From Octopus vulgaris (Eukaryota): 64,000 nt of DNA. Position 1 is the stretch's first letter; every line of letters starts with the position of its first letter. The DNA is taken from positions 69,192,001-69,256,000 of the forward strand of contig OX597817.1 of assembly GCA_951406725.2 (NCBI GenBank), read 5' to 3'. Below the pieces are notes generated by a model. It ran no database searches. It was not told the origin of the DNA and saw nothing but the letters and a program-made list of their open reading frames with translations. The translations under genes and the position numbers were made by a program. Shown in pieces: positions 39,157-52,790 of the stretch.

Positions 39157-39234
39157 ATAAAACGGTAAGATAACAAAAGAAAGAAAGAGACCTCAATATT
39201 ATGTAAATAGAGGAAATTTATCTATACAATATGT

Positions 39235-39375
39235 TACATTACTCGGTAGTCAAGATAAAACTCTGAGTTTCAGATGCCGAAGTGGAAATCCACAACACCA
39301 TCTCATCGATGAGATGGTGTTGTGGATTTCCACTTCGGCATCTGAAACTCAGAGTTTTATCTTGACTACCGAGTA

Positions 39376-39380
<5 letters not shown>
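39235..39380. repeat. Perfect 146-bp palindrome with no spacer
   Basis: 73-bp arms checked base by base. The centre ATC|GAT is at 39307/39308. Confidence 0.97.
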
Positions 39381-39422
<42 letters not shown>

Positions 39423-41074
39423 TATAGGCACAGACATAGCTGTGTAATAAAGAAGGCATCCAATGTTCTTACAGTTCCGCCTATCCATCACATTGGATTG
39501 GTACTATGGTACTTCAGTATTGTTTTTAAGTGACCTTGAAAAGGGATCAAGAGCAAAGTTGACTACAGTGTGATTTGAACTCAGATGGCAGAGAATCAGA
39601 ACAAATACCATGAAGCAGTCAATTTGATGCCCTAATGACTCGGCCAATTCACCCCTGATTAGTGAATTGAGTTTGGAAAGATGCATGGAATGGATGTAAT
39701 TGATTGAAAATTTAGGATCAATCCACAATTCCAACATCAAAAGTTATATTATATTTCACTGAAGTTTGAGAGCAGTGATAACTTGTGAAGCTAAACAGGG
39801 TACAATACCAAGGCATGCTTCCTCAAACTGAAAATCTAATCTGTTGCTCTATGGCATAATGGTGACACAATGGAAAGATCAGATGTCACCTGCAGAGGAA
39901 GGACATTAAAGTTAACTTGATGATGCAAGATAGTTTTGATCCATTTGGATTCATTGAAACTAAAAAATAAAAGAAAAGGAAAGAAAAGAAAAGAATGGTT
40001 ATTTTACAATTGAATGCTGATATTGTTATTTATTTGTCTGTAATAACGAAATACTTTAGTTTTATGATTAGAGTGAGTTTAACCACTTTTAACAGATAGC
40101 TAGGCTAACTGTATACAGTTAGCGCTCAGAGCAAAAAGGATTTAGGGTCAATAGCCAAATATACAACTTCAAAGAAATTTATATCCATTGATTCAATTCC
40201 ATTATTAAATATTGAAGGATGCACAAGAATTCTGGTGAACAGTTTAAGACAAACAATCAGATCATTGGTTGACTGAACTTTAAGACAACAATGCAATTAT
40301 AGAGTGGTAAAATCATTGTTTATTTGTTCTTGTGTTCTAGCGATTTCTCTGTTAATAACTTAACCAATTAAATTAGGGTTGAATCATATCATGCTCCGAT
40401 CCTTGTCACTATGTCTCCTTTTATGAATTGACCTGATATCAAGATGATTTGAACTTTATCAATAAATCTTAGCTTCAGCTTTGCTTGGCATATTGAATAT
40501 TTTTCATGAGATGCAACACGCACATGCGCATACATAAACACATGCATATACATGCAAATATAAATACATATATACACAAACATATATACAAGCATGCATA
40601 CAAAAATATGTACATATATGCACCCACACGTATACACAAACACACACACATACATACAGGGAAATGGATCTCTGTCGGTTTCAATGAAGAGTTTTCAGTT
40701 GTTTGATAAACTGTACAATTTGTTATTGAATTATCATAAGAAGTGACTGAGAATTCCACAGACACATGTACCCTTGAATTAATTCTCAAACAGAATCAGT
40801 GTGACATGATGTGCAACAAGCCTGGACCTTTCAGTTACAGATACAGTCCATCCTAAAGTCTTCAGCACAATTTCCGTTAACGCAATTTCACTCACAATGC
40901 ATGAAGCAACCTAAAGCTATGCTAGAAGGTGCAGGCCCACGATAGCATGCAGAGGGATTGGACCAAGGATGGGGTTATTGTAAAGGGAACTTCTTAGCCA
41001 TTCAGCCATGCATACATACAATGTACGTACAGACAGGCTGTATATGTAGATTCATACATGTTTATTATTTATTT

Positions 41075-41380
41075 ATGTGCCCTTTTCAAGCCTAGACAGG
41101 CTCATGGGCCCAGTTTCCTGGTTTCTATGGTGTATGTGTTCCCCCCAGCTGGACGGGATGCTAGTCCATCACAGCATTACTCAAGAAACAGGAAGAAAGA
41201 GTGAGAGAAAGTTGGGGCAAAAGAGTACAACAGGGGTCGCCACCACCCCCTGCCAGAACCTCGTGGCGCTTTATACGTTTTCGCTCAATAAACACACACA
41301 ACGCCTGGTCTAGGAATTGAAACTGTGATCCTACAACTGCAAGTCAGCTGCCCTAACCACTGGGCCATTGCGCCTCCACA
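41075..41380 (-). mobile_element. tRNA-derived SINE, family D2 (D1 head, different tail)
   Basis: Head matches 18420-18600. The 3' part GATGGACTAGCATCCCGTCCAG... is unrelated to the D1 tail. Confidence 0.85.
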
Positions 41381-42958
41381 GACTCATGCATACAAATCAA
41401 TAATTTTATGTATGGTATTTGATATACTTGTATTACCTTCATCATCATTATCATCATCATCATTTAACCTCTGTTGTCCATGCTGGCATGGATTGGACAG
41501 TTTAACCAGAGCTGGCAAGCTGGAGAGCTGCAACCAGGTTCCAGTCTGATTTGGCATGGTTTCTATGGATGGATACCATTCCAACCACTTTACAATGTGC
41601 TGGGTACTTTTACTTGACACTGCATGAGCGCTTTTATGTGGCACCACATGGGTGCTTTTTTACATGGAACTGGTAAAGGACATTTTCAGGCCAATCCACT
41701 TCACCAGTAGGAAGCAACCTGAACACTTCTACTGTGAAGTACAAGTCTTCTTGAGTATGCAATGGAGTACGAGTCTTCACTATTTCATTGAAATACATGC
41801 CACTGGCCACTCTGTGTTATTTTTTTTATTTCAGTTTTGTTTAAATTATGCAAATTATCTGAGCCATAAATGTGTTCTACTCCCTTTTGTATAAGTCTGA
41901 GTTCCTATTGACCTAAATTCATGTGTATAATTGTTCCCTTTGGTCTTAACAATGAGCCTGTCTTTTTCCTTAACAGCAATTCGACTTTGGTCTCAGTTAT
42001 CATTTGGTAATTATGACACGTCCTCTAGAAGCATGACACGTCCTCTAGAAGTGATGGTGTTAATAAATCAAGAATTTCTGTCATATGGTATTGGATATAC
42101 CTGTATTTGTTTATGCTGTTTCAATACATGCTCTGAGTTATTTCTCTATGCTCATTTTTGCTTGTCTATCTATCTATCTATACACACATGCATGTACTTT
42201 GTAATAATAACAGTGTTTGATTTCACCAAGAAGCCAGCAAAAACAAGTATATTGTTGTATTGAAGTTAAAAGGCACTATATTACAGAGGACATGCACAAG
42301 GCAGCTTTTGCGCCAACAACCACAATGAAAGCATTTTGAATAATGCATTCTTGCATTAAATGCAAAAGAAGTTAGTTTCCAGTCACCATCAATAGAGTTT
42401 CTACATATCACTATGTATAATAAAATCAGTTACACGCACTGGTGAATAAAATACATCACGAAATCTGATATTCATCATGTTTGCAGTTTCGTAAATATCT
42501 AACATCATAAAAGTATGGAAGTCATTGATTAAGAAAGACATATTGTAGACGAAAGAAGTGGGGAGAGAATTATTAATTAAGATAAGCAAAGAATGATGAA
42601 AAGGGAAAACAATAAAGAAAGTGTTTTTGAGTTTGTCATATTCATTGAGACTCAATGATTCAATGACACTGAGTAGCAATAGAGATTTATAAAGCTGGGA
42701 TATAAGCATAGACATGGCTACATAGTTAAGAAATTTGCTTTGTAAATATGTGGTTTCAGGTTCATTCCCACCCTGTGGCACTTTGGTCAAGTGTCTTCTT
42801 CTATGACCCCAGTTTGACGAGTGCCTTGTGAATGAATTTGGAGTCTGACTGAGACAAATAAAAGAGTAAATGGATATAAATCTGCAAAATAAATTCTAAC
42901 AAATCACATCCTTTGCTTTATGATGCCTTTTTATTTACAAATACATCTTTATATCTGC

Positions 42959-43405
42959 ACAACTCTATAAATATTAGTTTCAAATTTTGGCACAAAGTTT
43001 TAGTATATTACATCAACTCCAGTGCTCAACACTGGAATGATGACAGGCAAGGTCAACCTCAGTAGAATTTGAACTCAGAAAGTTGGAACAGACAAAGTGC
43101 CATTATGCATTTTGCCTGGCATGCTAATGATTCTTCCAGTTTGTTGCCTTAAATACAACTCTATAAATATTGATTTCAACTAAAGGTACAAAGCCAGCAA
43201 TTTCGGGTGAGGGATAAGCCAATTACATTGACCCCATTACTCAACTGGTATTTATTTAATTAACCCCGAAAGGATAAATGGCAAAGTTAGACTCAATGGA
43301 ATTTGAACTCAGAATATAAAGACTGACAAAATGCTGTTAAGCATTTTGCCTGGCATGCTAACGATTCTGCTAACTTGCAGCCTTAAACACAACTCTATAA
43401 ATATT
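42959..43405 (-). mobile_element. Two SINE family B copies separated and flanked by three 17-bp direct repeats
   Basis: ACAACTCTATAAATATT at 42959-42975, 43155-43171 and 43389-43405. Confidence 0.85.
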
Positions 43406-45369
43406 AGACATTCATCCTGAGCGTTTGTATCACAATATATAAATTACATGGAAGTCCATCACATATATATCTATATGCATGTATGTTTCTTTGTGATATA
43501 TTTTAAGAGTTTACCATTGCAGAATTCAATTCAGTCTCTAAGAAAGTTGCAAGGCTCATGGAGTTTGTGGTTATCTGAATTGGTTGATATACGCATGCAT
43601 GTGTTAGATATTTATGAAACTTGCACTCATGGATGTGTGTGTGTGTTGCAGTAGAAAATAAATGTGCATGTTTCATTAATGGTTATGTGTGTGTATATAT
43701 ATATATGTATTTTATGTGTATATGTGGTTGTGTACATATGATCACCGAGGAACCTCAAATGAAGAATCCCTGGAATATTTTAGAAATTCTATGGTTCCTC
43801 TGATTGACTGTATCTGAAGAATGCAAATCTGTTTGCTTTGTTCTTTTTTTTTAGAGAACCCAAACATATCCGGATTTTTCTGTTTGTCTGTCTGTCTGGA
43901 TGTATGTATGTCATTATCCAGTTTTATTTCAAAATTTCTTGCCAATAGAGAAAGAACCAGTTTCTAACCTAGATCCAAGGATCCTTCAATGGAATTTCAA
44001 CAACATCAACAGGGTATTTTTGTTTGTATGTATGCATATGTGCAAATTTGTATATTTTGTTTTATGTATGTATTTTCATGCATATATTTGCAAGTCTAGG
44101 CATGCTCATATATATTTAAATGATAAGCTTCTGGTAAGTTTTTACAAATTTTTACAGTACCAGTAATGACTTGAGTTTGTAGTCTTCAAATCAGCTTTCT
44201 CCTTTCTGGTTGTATGTATGTATGTATGTATGTACATACATACATATGCATGTATGTATATATCTCGTGATTACCCCTTCACTGCTTGACAACAGGTGCT
44301 GGCCTGTTTACATATTTCTAACCTAGTAGTTTGGTAAATGAGGCCAACAGAACAGGTACCATACTGGAATTGTTTTGATCAATTAAACTCTCCAAGGCAG
44401 TACGCTAGCATGATCACAGTCCAACAACTGATAAAAATCAAAAAGTAAATAATTATAAATCTGTAAGTATATTCAAGCAAATCACCTCTTTTGTTTCGTA
44501 ATGTCTTTTTACATGCAACATACATCTTCATATCTGCACAACTCCATAAATATCAAATATTCTATGTCTTGACAGTTTGCATTATTATATGTCATTTACA
44601 CTAATCCATTTCAATATAATGCATTAAGTTTGACTGATTGGACATTGAAAGAAAACAATTAATTTTAATATATAATCCGTATGTTTAAACCACTAAGTCA
44701 GCTGTACTTTAAGATACATTTGGGAACAAGTGGCAATGCTTAACAACAGCAAGTCAGTTTCGAAAGAGGATATCATTTAATAAGGTCACAGATGTGTGAT
44801 GAAAATATTCATGAAATAAAACCATGCCACCCCGCCAAAAAAAACAAAAAAAAGCAATAGAGATTAATGCAAAATTATGAACTCGGCAGACATCTCAGTG
44901 CAGAAAACATTCACACAAACACCTGTGCCTGTATGCATGCATGCACGGACGCACACACACACACTGAGGCATGGGTGCATGGTAAGAAGTTTGTTTCCCA
45001 ACCACATGGTTTCATGGTTAGTATGAGTGTGTGTGTGTGTGTGTGTGTTCTCCACCACTGTTTCCCAACTGGTGTTGGTTCATTTACACTCCTGTAAGTT
45101 AGCAGTTCCACAAAAACGACTTAGACTGATAAGTTTTGTGGTTGATATAAGCACAAAGTTTAAGTATATTACATCAACCCCAGTGCTTAGCTGGTACTCG
45201 TTGCATCGACCCTGGAAGGATGAAAGGCAAAGTCAACTTCAGTAGAATTTGAACTCAGAAAGTCAGGACAGGCAAAGTGCCATTATGCACTAAACCTTTC
45301 AAGGTGGTGCTGAAGCATGGTCACAGCCCAGAGACTGAAAAGAGCAAAAGATAGAAGATACACAGCCAC

Positions 45370-45487
45370 GTTACATACATCGCACTAAAAACACCAGTTC
45401 TCAACTGACCACCAAAGTTAAACAATGTTGAGCGTAATTAGTACTTAGACGGGTGACTGCTTGGGAAACCAGATGCTGTAAACATTT
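45370..45487 (+). pseudogene. 5S rRNA pseudogene
   Basis: AAAACACCAGTTCTCAACTGACCACCAAAGTTAAACAATGTTGAGCG..TTAGTACTTAGACGGGTGACTGCTTGGGAAACCAGATGCTGTAAAC-ATTT aligns with metazoan 5S (box A, intermediate element, box C), with many transitions. Confidence 0.82.
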
Positions 45488-46004
45488 AAAGGATCAAGTG
45501 TATCCGTGTGGTAAAATATTTGCTTCCCAACCACATGGTTTCAAGTTCAGTCCCATTGCATAGAACCTTGGGCAAGTGTCTTCTATTATAGCCTCGGCCT
45601 GACCAAAACTTTGTGAGTGGATTTGATAGATGGAAACTGAAAGAAGCCCATTTTGTGTGTGTGTGTTTATACCCCATCACTGCTTGACAACCAGTGTTAA
45701 AGAGTTTACATCCCTGTAACTTAGTGGTTCAGCTAAAGGCTCTCTAGCGGTTCTATAATGGGCTCTCTATATTTTCTCTCTACCAAATTCACTCACAAGA
45801 CCCTGGCTGGTCTGGGGCTATGGTAGAGGACACTTTCCTAATGGGTTGCACTGTGAAACTGAACTCAAAACCATGTGGTTACAAAGTGAACTTCTTAGCC
45901 AAACAACCATTTCTGAACTTACTTGAAATTTTGCTTTTAAACTTTTACACTTGAAGAAGTAAGTTCTTATATAGTTACTTTAACTTCCTACATATAGTAT
46001 ATAA

Positions 46005-47031
46005 CCCTTTAACATTTAAACTGGACATATCCAGCGCAAATATTCTACCTCTTTTATGTTAAAGCTGGTCAAATCCTGCCTCTCACACCTACCTAACAAT
46101 GTCATTCTAAAAATAAACAATTACATCATCATCATTTAATGTCTGTTTTCCATGCTGGCATGGGTTGGACAGTTTGACTGAAAAACTGGTAAGCTGGGGA
46201 GCTGTACTAGGTTCCAATCTGATTTGGCATGGTTTCTACAGCTGGATACCCTTCCTAATGCCAACCATTCGAAGAGGGTAGGGAGTGCTTTTTACATGTC
46301 ACTCACATAGGTGCCAGTCGTGAAACACTGGCATTGGTCTTGACTACGATCTCCCTTGGATTGACAGGTTTTCTCAAGTACAGCATATTGCCAAGTTTAG
46401 TCCCTTGTCATTGTCTCTGTGAGGCCCATAATTCAAAGGATGCTTTTTATGTGCCACTGACATGTGTGCCAGTTATGCAACACTGGCATCGGCCATAACT
46501 ACATTTTCACTTGGCTTGGTGGGTCTTCTCAAGCACAGTATAACCAGCTTTGAAATCTCAAAGCTATAAGATAATACAGGATTAATTTTAGTTTACAAAG
46601 TAATAGGCGCAGGAGAGGCTGTGTGGTAAGTAGCTTGCTAACCAATCACATAGTTCCGGGTTCAGTCCCACTGCGTGGCATCTTGGGCAAGTGTCTTCTG
46701 CTATAGCCCCAGGCCGACCAATGCCTTGTGAGTGGATTTGGTAGACGGAAACTGGAAGAAGCCCGTCGTATATATGTATATATATGTATATCTGTGTGTG
46801 TATTTGTGTGTCTGTGTTTGTCCCCCTAGCATTGCTTGACAACTGATGCTGGTGTGTTTACGTCCCCGTCACTTAGCAGTTCGGCAAAAGAGACCGATAG
46901 AATAAGTACTGGGCTTACAAAGAATAAGTCCCGGGGTCGATTTGCTCAACTAAAGGCGGTGCTCCAGCATAGCCACAGTCAAATGACTGAAACAAGTAAA
47001 AGAGTGAAAGAGTAATCTGAATGCTAAAGGG
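46005..47031. mobile_element. piggyBac-like MITE with two nested insertions
   Basis: Ends (A)TAA-CCCTTTAACATT and AATGCTAAAGGG-TTAA. It contains an RTE fragment (~46128-46545, -) and a SINE. Confidence 0.72.
46605..47010 (+). mobile_element. Full-length SINE family A with probable TSD AGTAAT
   Basis: Complete head to tail. AGTAAT occurs at 46599-46604 and 47011-47016. Confidence 0.9.
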
Positions 47032-47535
47032 TTAAATTTCCTTCAGCAATTTCCTGTCATTTATTTAAAATGAGAAGATATTTTCAAGTCTGAAACCTTG
47101 AGTAAAACACATTTCTCCATAAAGACAAGGCATAGACCACAAAACAAAAATGCTGCTGATAGAATATTTGTTTAATATTCTACTTGTATAAGATTGGCTT
47201 ATTCAAACAGAGGTGGCCTGGATTATCCAGTAGCAACAACAACAACAACTGTCATGGTGGTCGTGATCACAATATATTACAAACTGCAATGAAGCCAGAT
47301 AATGAGATTTTATATTTATATTTAAGTGCAGCCATGAATTTGTGATTAAGAAATTTGCTTTGTTATCACATGGTTTCAAATTCGGACCTATTGTGTGGCA
47401 TCTTGAGCAAGTGTCTTCTGCTATAGCCAAAGGCTAACAGAAGACTCATGAGTGTATTTCATAGCAGAAACTGAAAGATGACTGTCTTCAGTGTGTGCAT
47501 ATATATATATTAAATTAATAATTATATATATATAT

Positions 47536-47607
<72 letters not shown>

Positions 47608-47629
47608 TATACATATACATGTATATATA

Positions 47630-47890
47630 TATTCAATTAATAATTATATATATATAATTATTTTAAGGAGAAAGTCAAAACAAGACTTATCTCCTCCATA
47701 CTGAATTAATGTACAAACATTACGAAGCTACTGTAATGTTTGTACAGAAATTCAGTACATTTTTAGACTTTCTCCTTTAAAATAATTATATATATATATA
47801 TAATTATTAATTTAATATATAAATTGCTTATTTCCATGCTAACTACCTGATAATTATCATTAACATGATTTTTATCCTTATGTTATGAAT
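47630..47890. repeat. Fold-back palindrome (47630-47820) of the family seen at 22.7-23.1 kb
   Basis: TACTGAATT..TGTACAAACATTAC / GTAATGTTTGTACA..AATTCAGTA core, with outer AAGGAGAAAGTC / GACTTTCTCCTT. Confidence 0.8.
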
Positions 47891-47902
47891 ATAATAAGAT
47901 GA

Positions 47903-47937
<35 letters not shown>

Positions 47938-47940
<3 letters not shown>

Positions 47941-48610
47941 AAGGGTAGTCAAAAAATTATCTGCACTTTTGCCATAACATATCCTTATTATTGTCACTCT
48001 GCCTTCTGTGCATGCGTATAGTTGGTACTATTGTGGTCATGTGATTGAAGTTTGAGCTTGATCATGCTATTTTTCTCTGGCTTTACAGCATAAGCATGGC
48101 CACTCTGCTAGCAATATGCACCAAAGAAGAAGAAAGAACAATGATCTAATTTCTCTGGAAAAGAGGTGTACGGTCAACAGTACAAGATACAGTGCTTTGC
48201 TGGACAACAAACTGAAGTCAGCAATTCACACCAAATGCCGAAGCCTATTGTCAAAGAAAGTTTTACTGTTGCATGACAATGCATGCCCACACATGGTTGT
48301 GCAGACTGTTAAAACCATTAACCAATTGGGTTTTGAAGTGCTGGAACACCTTGCCTACAGCCCAGATCTTAGCCCTTCCAATTATCATATCTTTGGACAG
48401 CTCAAAGATGGTTTATGAGGTTGTTGATTTCCTGTGGATGAAGATGTGATAGAAGTGGTGCATAAATGGTTGTACAACCAACTAGAAATGTTCTTCATGG
48501 AGGGAATACACAGGCTTGTGGACCGCTGGAACGAGTGCATCGAAAATGAAGGAGATTTTATAGAAAAATGACATACTTGTTTATCCCCTGATTTTGTGTA
48601 AATACACTGA
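47938..48610 (+). mobile_element. Internally deleted mariner (catalytic C-terminal half)
   Basis: ORF 48116-48418 contains LLHDNACPH and YSPDLSPSNYHIF, followed by WNECIENEGDFIEK*. The right TIR was not found. Confidence 0.88.
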
Positions 48611-48674
48611 AAAAACAAGACTCTCCTCATCTACATACATATACACACACATACACACACATATATATGTGTGA

Positions 48675-48718
<44 letters not shown>

Positions 48719-48999
48719 GTTAACTTGTTTCAAGTTCAAATATGCTTCTGGGTATATTTGAACCCATAACAAAGCCATTTTCAGGGTCACTTTGAACTTA
48801 GTGTGTTTATATAAATTATCTACAATTAGAAATTTTCTCCATAACAAAATACAGTGAATGGCTTTCTTATGTGTTCAAATATTCCTGAAGCTAGTAACAA
48901 GTTTACATTTATATATACGATTGCTTAGCACTTGAGTTTCATATTGCATTATAGCCAATCTGCCAGTTAGCACAACCTGTCAATATACTGACTGAAATA

Positions 49000-49815
49000 T
49001 GATCCTTTCTACTATAGGCACAAGGCTTGAAATTTCAGGGGAGGGACTAAGTCAATTATATCAACCCTAGTACTCAACCGGTACTTAATTTATCGACCTT
49101 GAAAGGATGAAAGGCAAAGTCAACTGTGGTTGAATTTGAACTCAGAACGTGGAAACAGACAACATATCATTAACCATTTTGCCTGGTGTGCTAACGATTC
49201 TGCCAGATTGCCACACTAGAAACTGAAGTATGGTAAGAGAGATTTATTTCAAATCAATCCATTGCACTTCCTCCTTCCAGTATCCGATGCTGAAGAGGAA
49301 AAACTACTCTGAAATGCATCCATCAGTTTAGCAAGGGAGCTCTTTCAACTAGCTTGATGTGTTTACACTTATTTCTCTGCAGTGAGAAATTTTATCCATG
49401 ACAAAATCAAGTGAGTGGCTTTCTTACAGGTTCAAATATAATATGTCTCAGATATTTTTGAACCTGTACAAGTTTATAGTTATGCACATCACTCCTTAGT
49501 GCTTTGATTTTGTAGATATATTTATACACATGTGTGTTGTGTAGAAGCATATTGTGTAGATGTTTGTGACTGAGTGTCTGTTCACATCTCACTATTTAGG
49601 AAAGTTGAGGCAACGAGCTGACAGAATCCTTAACACACTAAGCAAAATGTTTAGTGGAATTTCGTCTGTCTTTACCTTCTGAGTTCAAATTCCGCTGAGG
49701 TCGACTTTGCCTTTCCTCCTTTTAGGATTGATGAAATAAGTACCAATTATGTAATATAATTGACTAGCCCCTACCCCAAAATGTCTGGCCCTGTGCCTTT
49801 AGTTGAAAGGAATAT
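49000..49815. mobile_element. Divergently oriented SINE family B pair (49000-49215 -, 49605-49815 +)
   Basis: The family B core is present on opposite strands. Confidence 0.8.
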
Positions 49816-51303
49816 TTAGGAAAGTTGAAATGAACAGGCAGTGTTGTTATTGTCAGTTCTTCTAAGAGCAAACCATCTAGTTGTTTGGTACTTACAATGG
49901 AATGAGGAATAAGAGATCCTTTACTTGAGAAAGAGGGAAGGGTTAACAACAGGAAGGGTATATGGTAGTAAAAGAATGCCTACATAACTTATTTCTCTAA
50001 CTTGTAAAAGTACAAGAAAACAGACACAAAGATCAACAAGATATATATGTGGATATATGCATGTTTTATGTGAATATATGTGTGTGTGTGTGGAAAAAGT
50101 GCTTAACTGCGAGTAGTGAAGTTTGTTGTCATTTCCCTATCAATAAATCATTCACTGGGTTTGGTTTTATGAGGATATATAGATAAGAGATTCCATTTTT
50201 GAGAGACATGTAAGGATGTGTGACAGGAAGGGCATCCAACTGTAAAACAATGCCTGAGTAATATATATCCATCAGGCATGTTAAAAGAAAAGCATAAAAA
50301 AAGAACAATAAGTCTTTGGCAATATACATCTAGGAAGCATTAAAAATAATGTGAGGAGTGGGGAAGAATGTGATGTAATTCACAATTCTCGCCCATGCAT
50401 TTATAGACTCGATGGCATGTCAATGAGCCATCTTTCTCTCTCGTCGTTGGCAAATTGGGATTTGTTGATGCGGTCTCAGTAACATTTTTCTATAAAAGAC
50501 GAATCTAACATTGAGTTAACATGCTACACGCAAAAGTACATGTGATGTAGACATTTTATTTGATTCCATTCTAAAAATAAAAAAATAATAAAAATTACTA
50601 TCAATGGAAGAAAAGAAAAAAATATTGATTCGTGTTTCAGATTTAGTTTTGATTTACCAAATTATCATCACCATTTATTTTTATTCTATTTTTAAAGTTT
50701 TTTTATCCTTCATTTCTCTACAGCTTGACACCCACCCTCCCACTTGGAAATGTTGTGGTCTTTTCCAATTGTTCATTTAATTGCACATTTAATTGAACTA
50801 CTCATTGTACGAAGGCTATATACATTGGCCAACAGCTATTTCGGGAATGTAATGGGATTTCAACCTGATAATCGCAGACATTCAGCACATTGCATAGGCT
50901 GCAAATATTATTCATTCCAGCTTATTTAAGTTCAGAAAAATGTTTATTTTTTTATAGTAAAAATGTGCAGCAACAATTTTTCTTTTCTTTTTTTATCTAC
51001 TTTATCTTTTGTTCTGTTATCATTGAAAGCACAAAACAACATATATTTATTTCTATACTTTTCCTTCTCTAATTCAATATTTTTTTTATTATTTTTTTTT
51101 ATTTCAAGCCCTAAGCTAAACAATATATGACTATAAAATATCAATACTGTAAAAATAAATGTAGTGATAAGATTTTCTTCAAATCTATTGATGAATTCAA
51201 AATTTTTCTCAAGGGTGAAATATACATGCATTATTCAATGCATGATAATTACTGAGAATAAATTTGCATATTTATGCATATGTATAATTTGGCCTTATGC
51301 TTA

Positions 51304-51348
<45 letters not shown>

Positions 51349-51873
51349 ATAAGTATGAGTGGGGGAGTGTAGGTTTATGAGTTTGAATTAATGTACTAAA
51401 TAAGTGTGTGTATGCATTATATTTAACTTGTAGCTGCTGCTGCTGTCACTGTTTAGCACCAGGTCAACACTCACTGAGCAGTTCAATGGCCGAGAACATT
51501 CCTTTCATGACCATCTCAACTTATATTCATTCATAGCACATGTAAGACTGCATTACTCAATACTGCATTCTGTTTTCTTTTTTCTTTTAAACAATACAGT
51601 GTGAATTGAGGGATGTTTAGGTAATTCTTCTAACATAAAGTGTTCCTTGTTACCTTGTGGGTGAACTTGAGTGTATGTGTGTGTGTCTGTATGAGCATTA
51701 TGTATGTATGTATGTATGCATGCATTATATAGATTGTTTGATAAGTGCTACCACATGAAAATCTCAGCCCTTCAACCACTCTGTTGCTTCTGCTAAATAT
51801 TAATAAAAGATACATGAATTACTTATACTATATATATATATATATATATATGCACACACATACATAAATACAT

Positions 51874-51925
<52 letters not shown>

Positions 51926-51937
51926 TTTATATAATAA

Positions 51938-51992
<55 letters not shown>

Positions 51993-52171
51993 TTTTGTAA
52001 ATACTGACACTAAACACAGTTTACACTTAGAAATGACAAAATGCAAATATATATATATAAGTTACTCAAGGGCTGAGTTCTGTGCATGGCACTTATGAAA
52101 CTCATGTATTTTGTTCTATGTCTATTTGTTCTTCCAAACTCATATACATACATACTTACTTGCATATATGC

Positions 52172-52218
<47 letters not shown>

Positions 52219-52696
52219 TATATATATATATATATATATGTTTTTGTGTATGTGTATATATATGTGTGTGTGTGTGTGTGTGTATGTAATTTTGTGTGTG
52301 AATGTGTGTATGCTTTAAGTATAGTTAACTGCCAATGCACATGCATATATGGCATGTGTGAGAGCAGAAGAATAAAGCAAACATGCATGTGAGTGCATTG
52401 TGTGGAAGGTAAGTGAGTAAAAAGGGTATACATTAAGTACAGATGTACATTAGGATGTGTAAAAGCAACGAAGAGAAAGAGAGAAAGAATGTGTGTGTGT
52501 GTGTGTGTGTGTGTGAATATCATGAATGGGAAATGTTTTGGTATTGATTTTCGTTCGTGAAACATTATTATATTTAGTTTTTCCTGTATCTACGTGTAGA
52601 TCATATAATTCTGAAATTTAAGATATCTGAAGTAAAAGCAAACATAACTGCTTTTAACTTCGTCTGTTTCATCATATACTTTGCAAAGAAACCCAC

Positions 52697-52699
52697 ATA

Positions 52700-52789
<90 letters not shown>

Positions 52790-52790
52790 T
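52697..52790. repeat. (GT)n(GA)n microsatellite
   Basis: Directly visible. Confidence 0.97.

Noticed and set aside
42013-42051. 20-bp tandem duplication (similar short ones at ~23290, ~23912, ~60121)
   Set aside because: Ordinary slippage duplications with no further structure.
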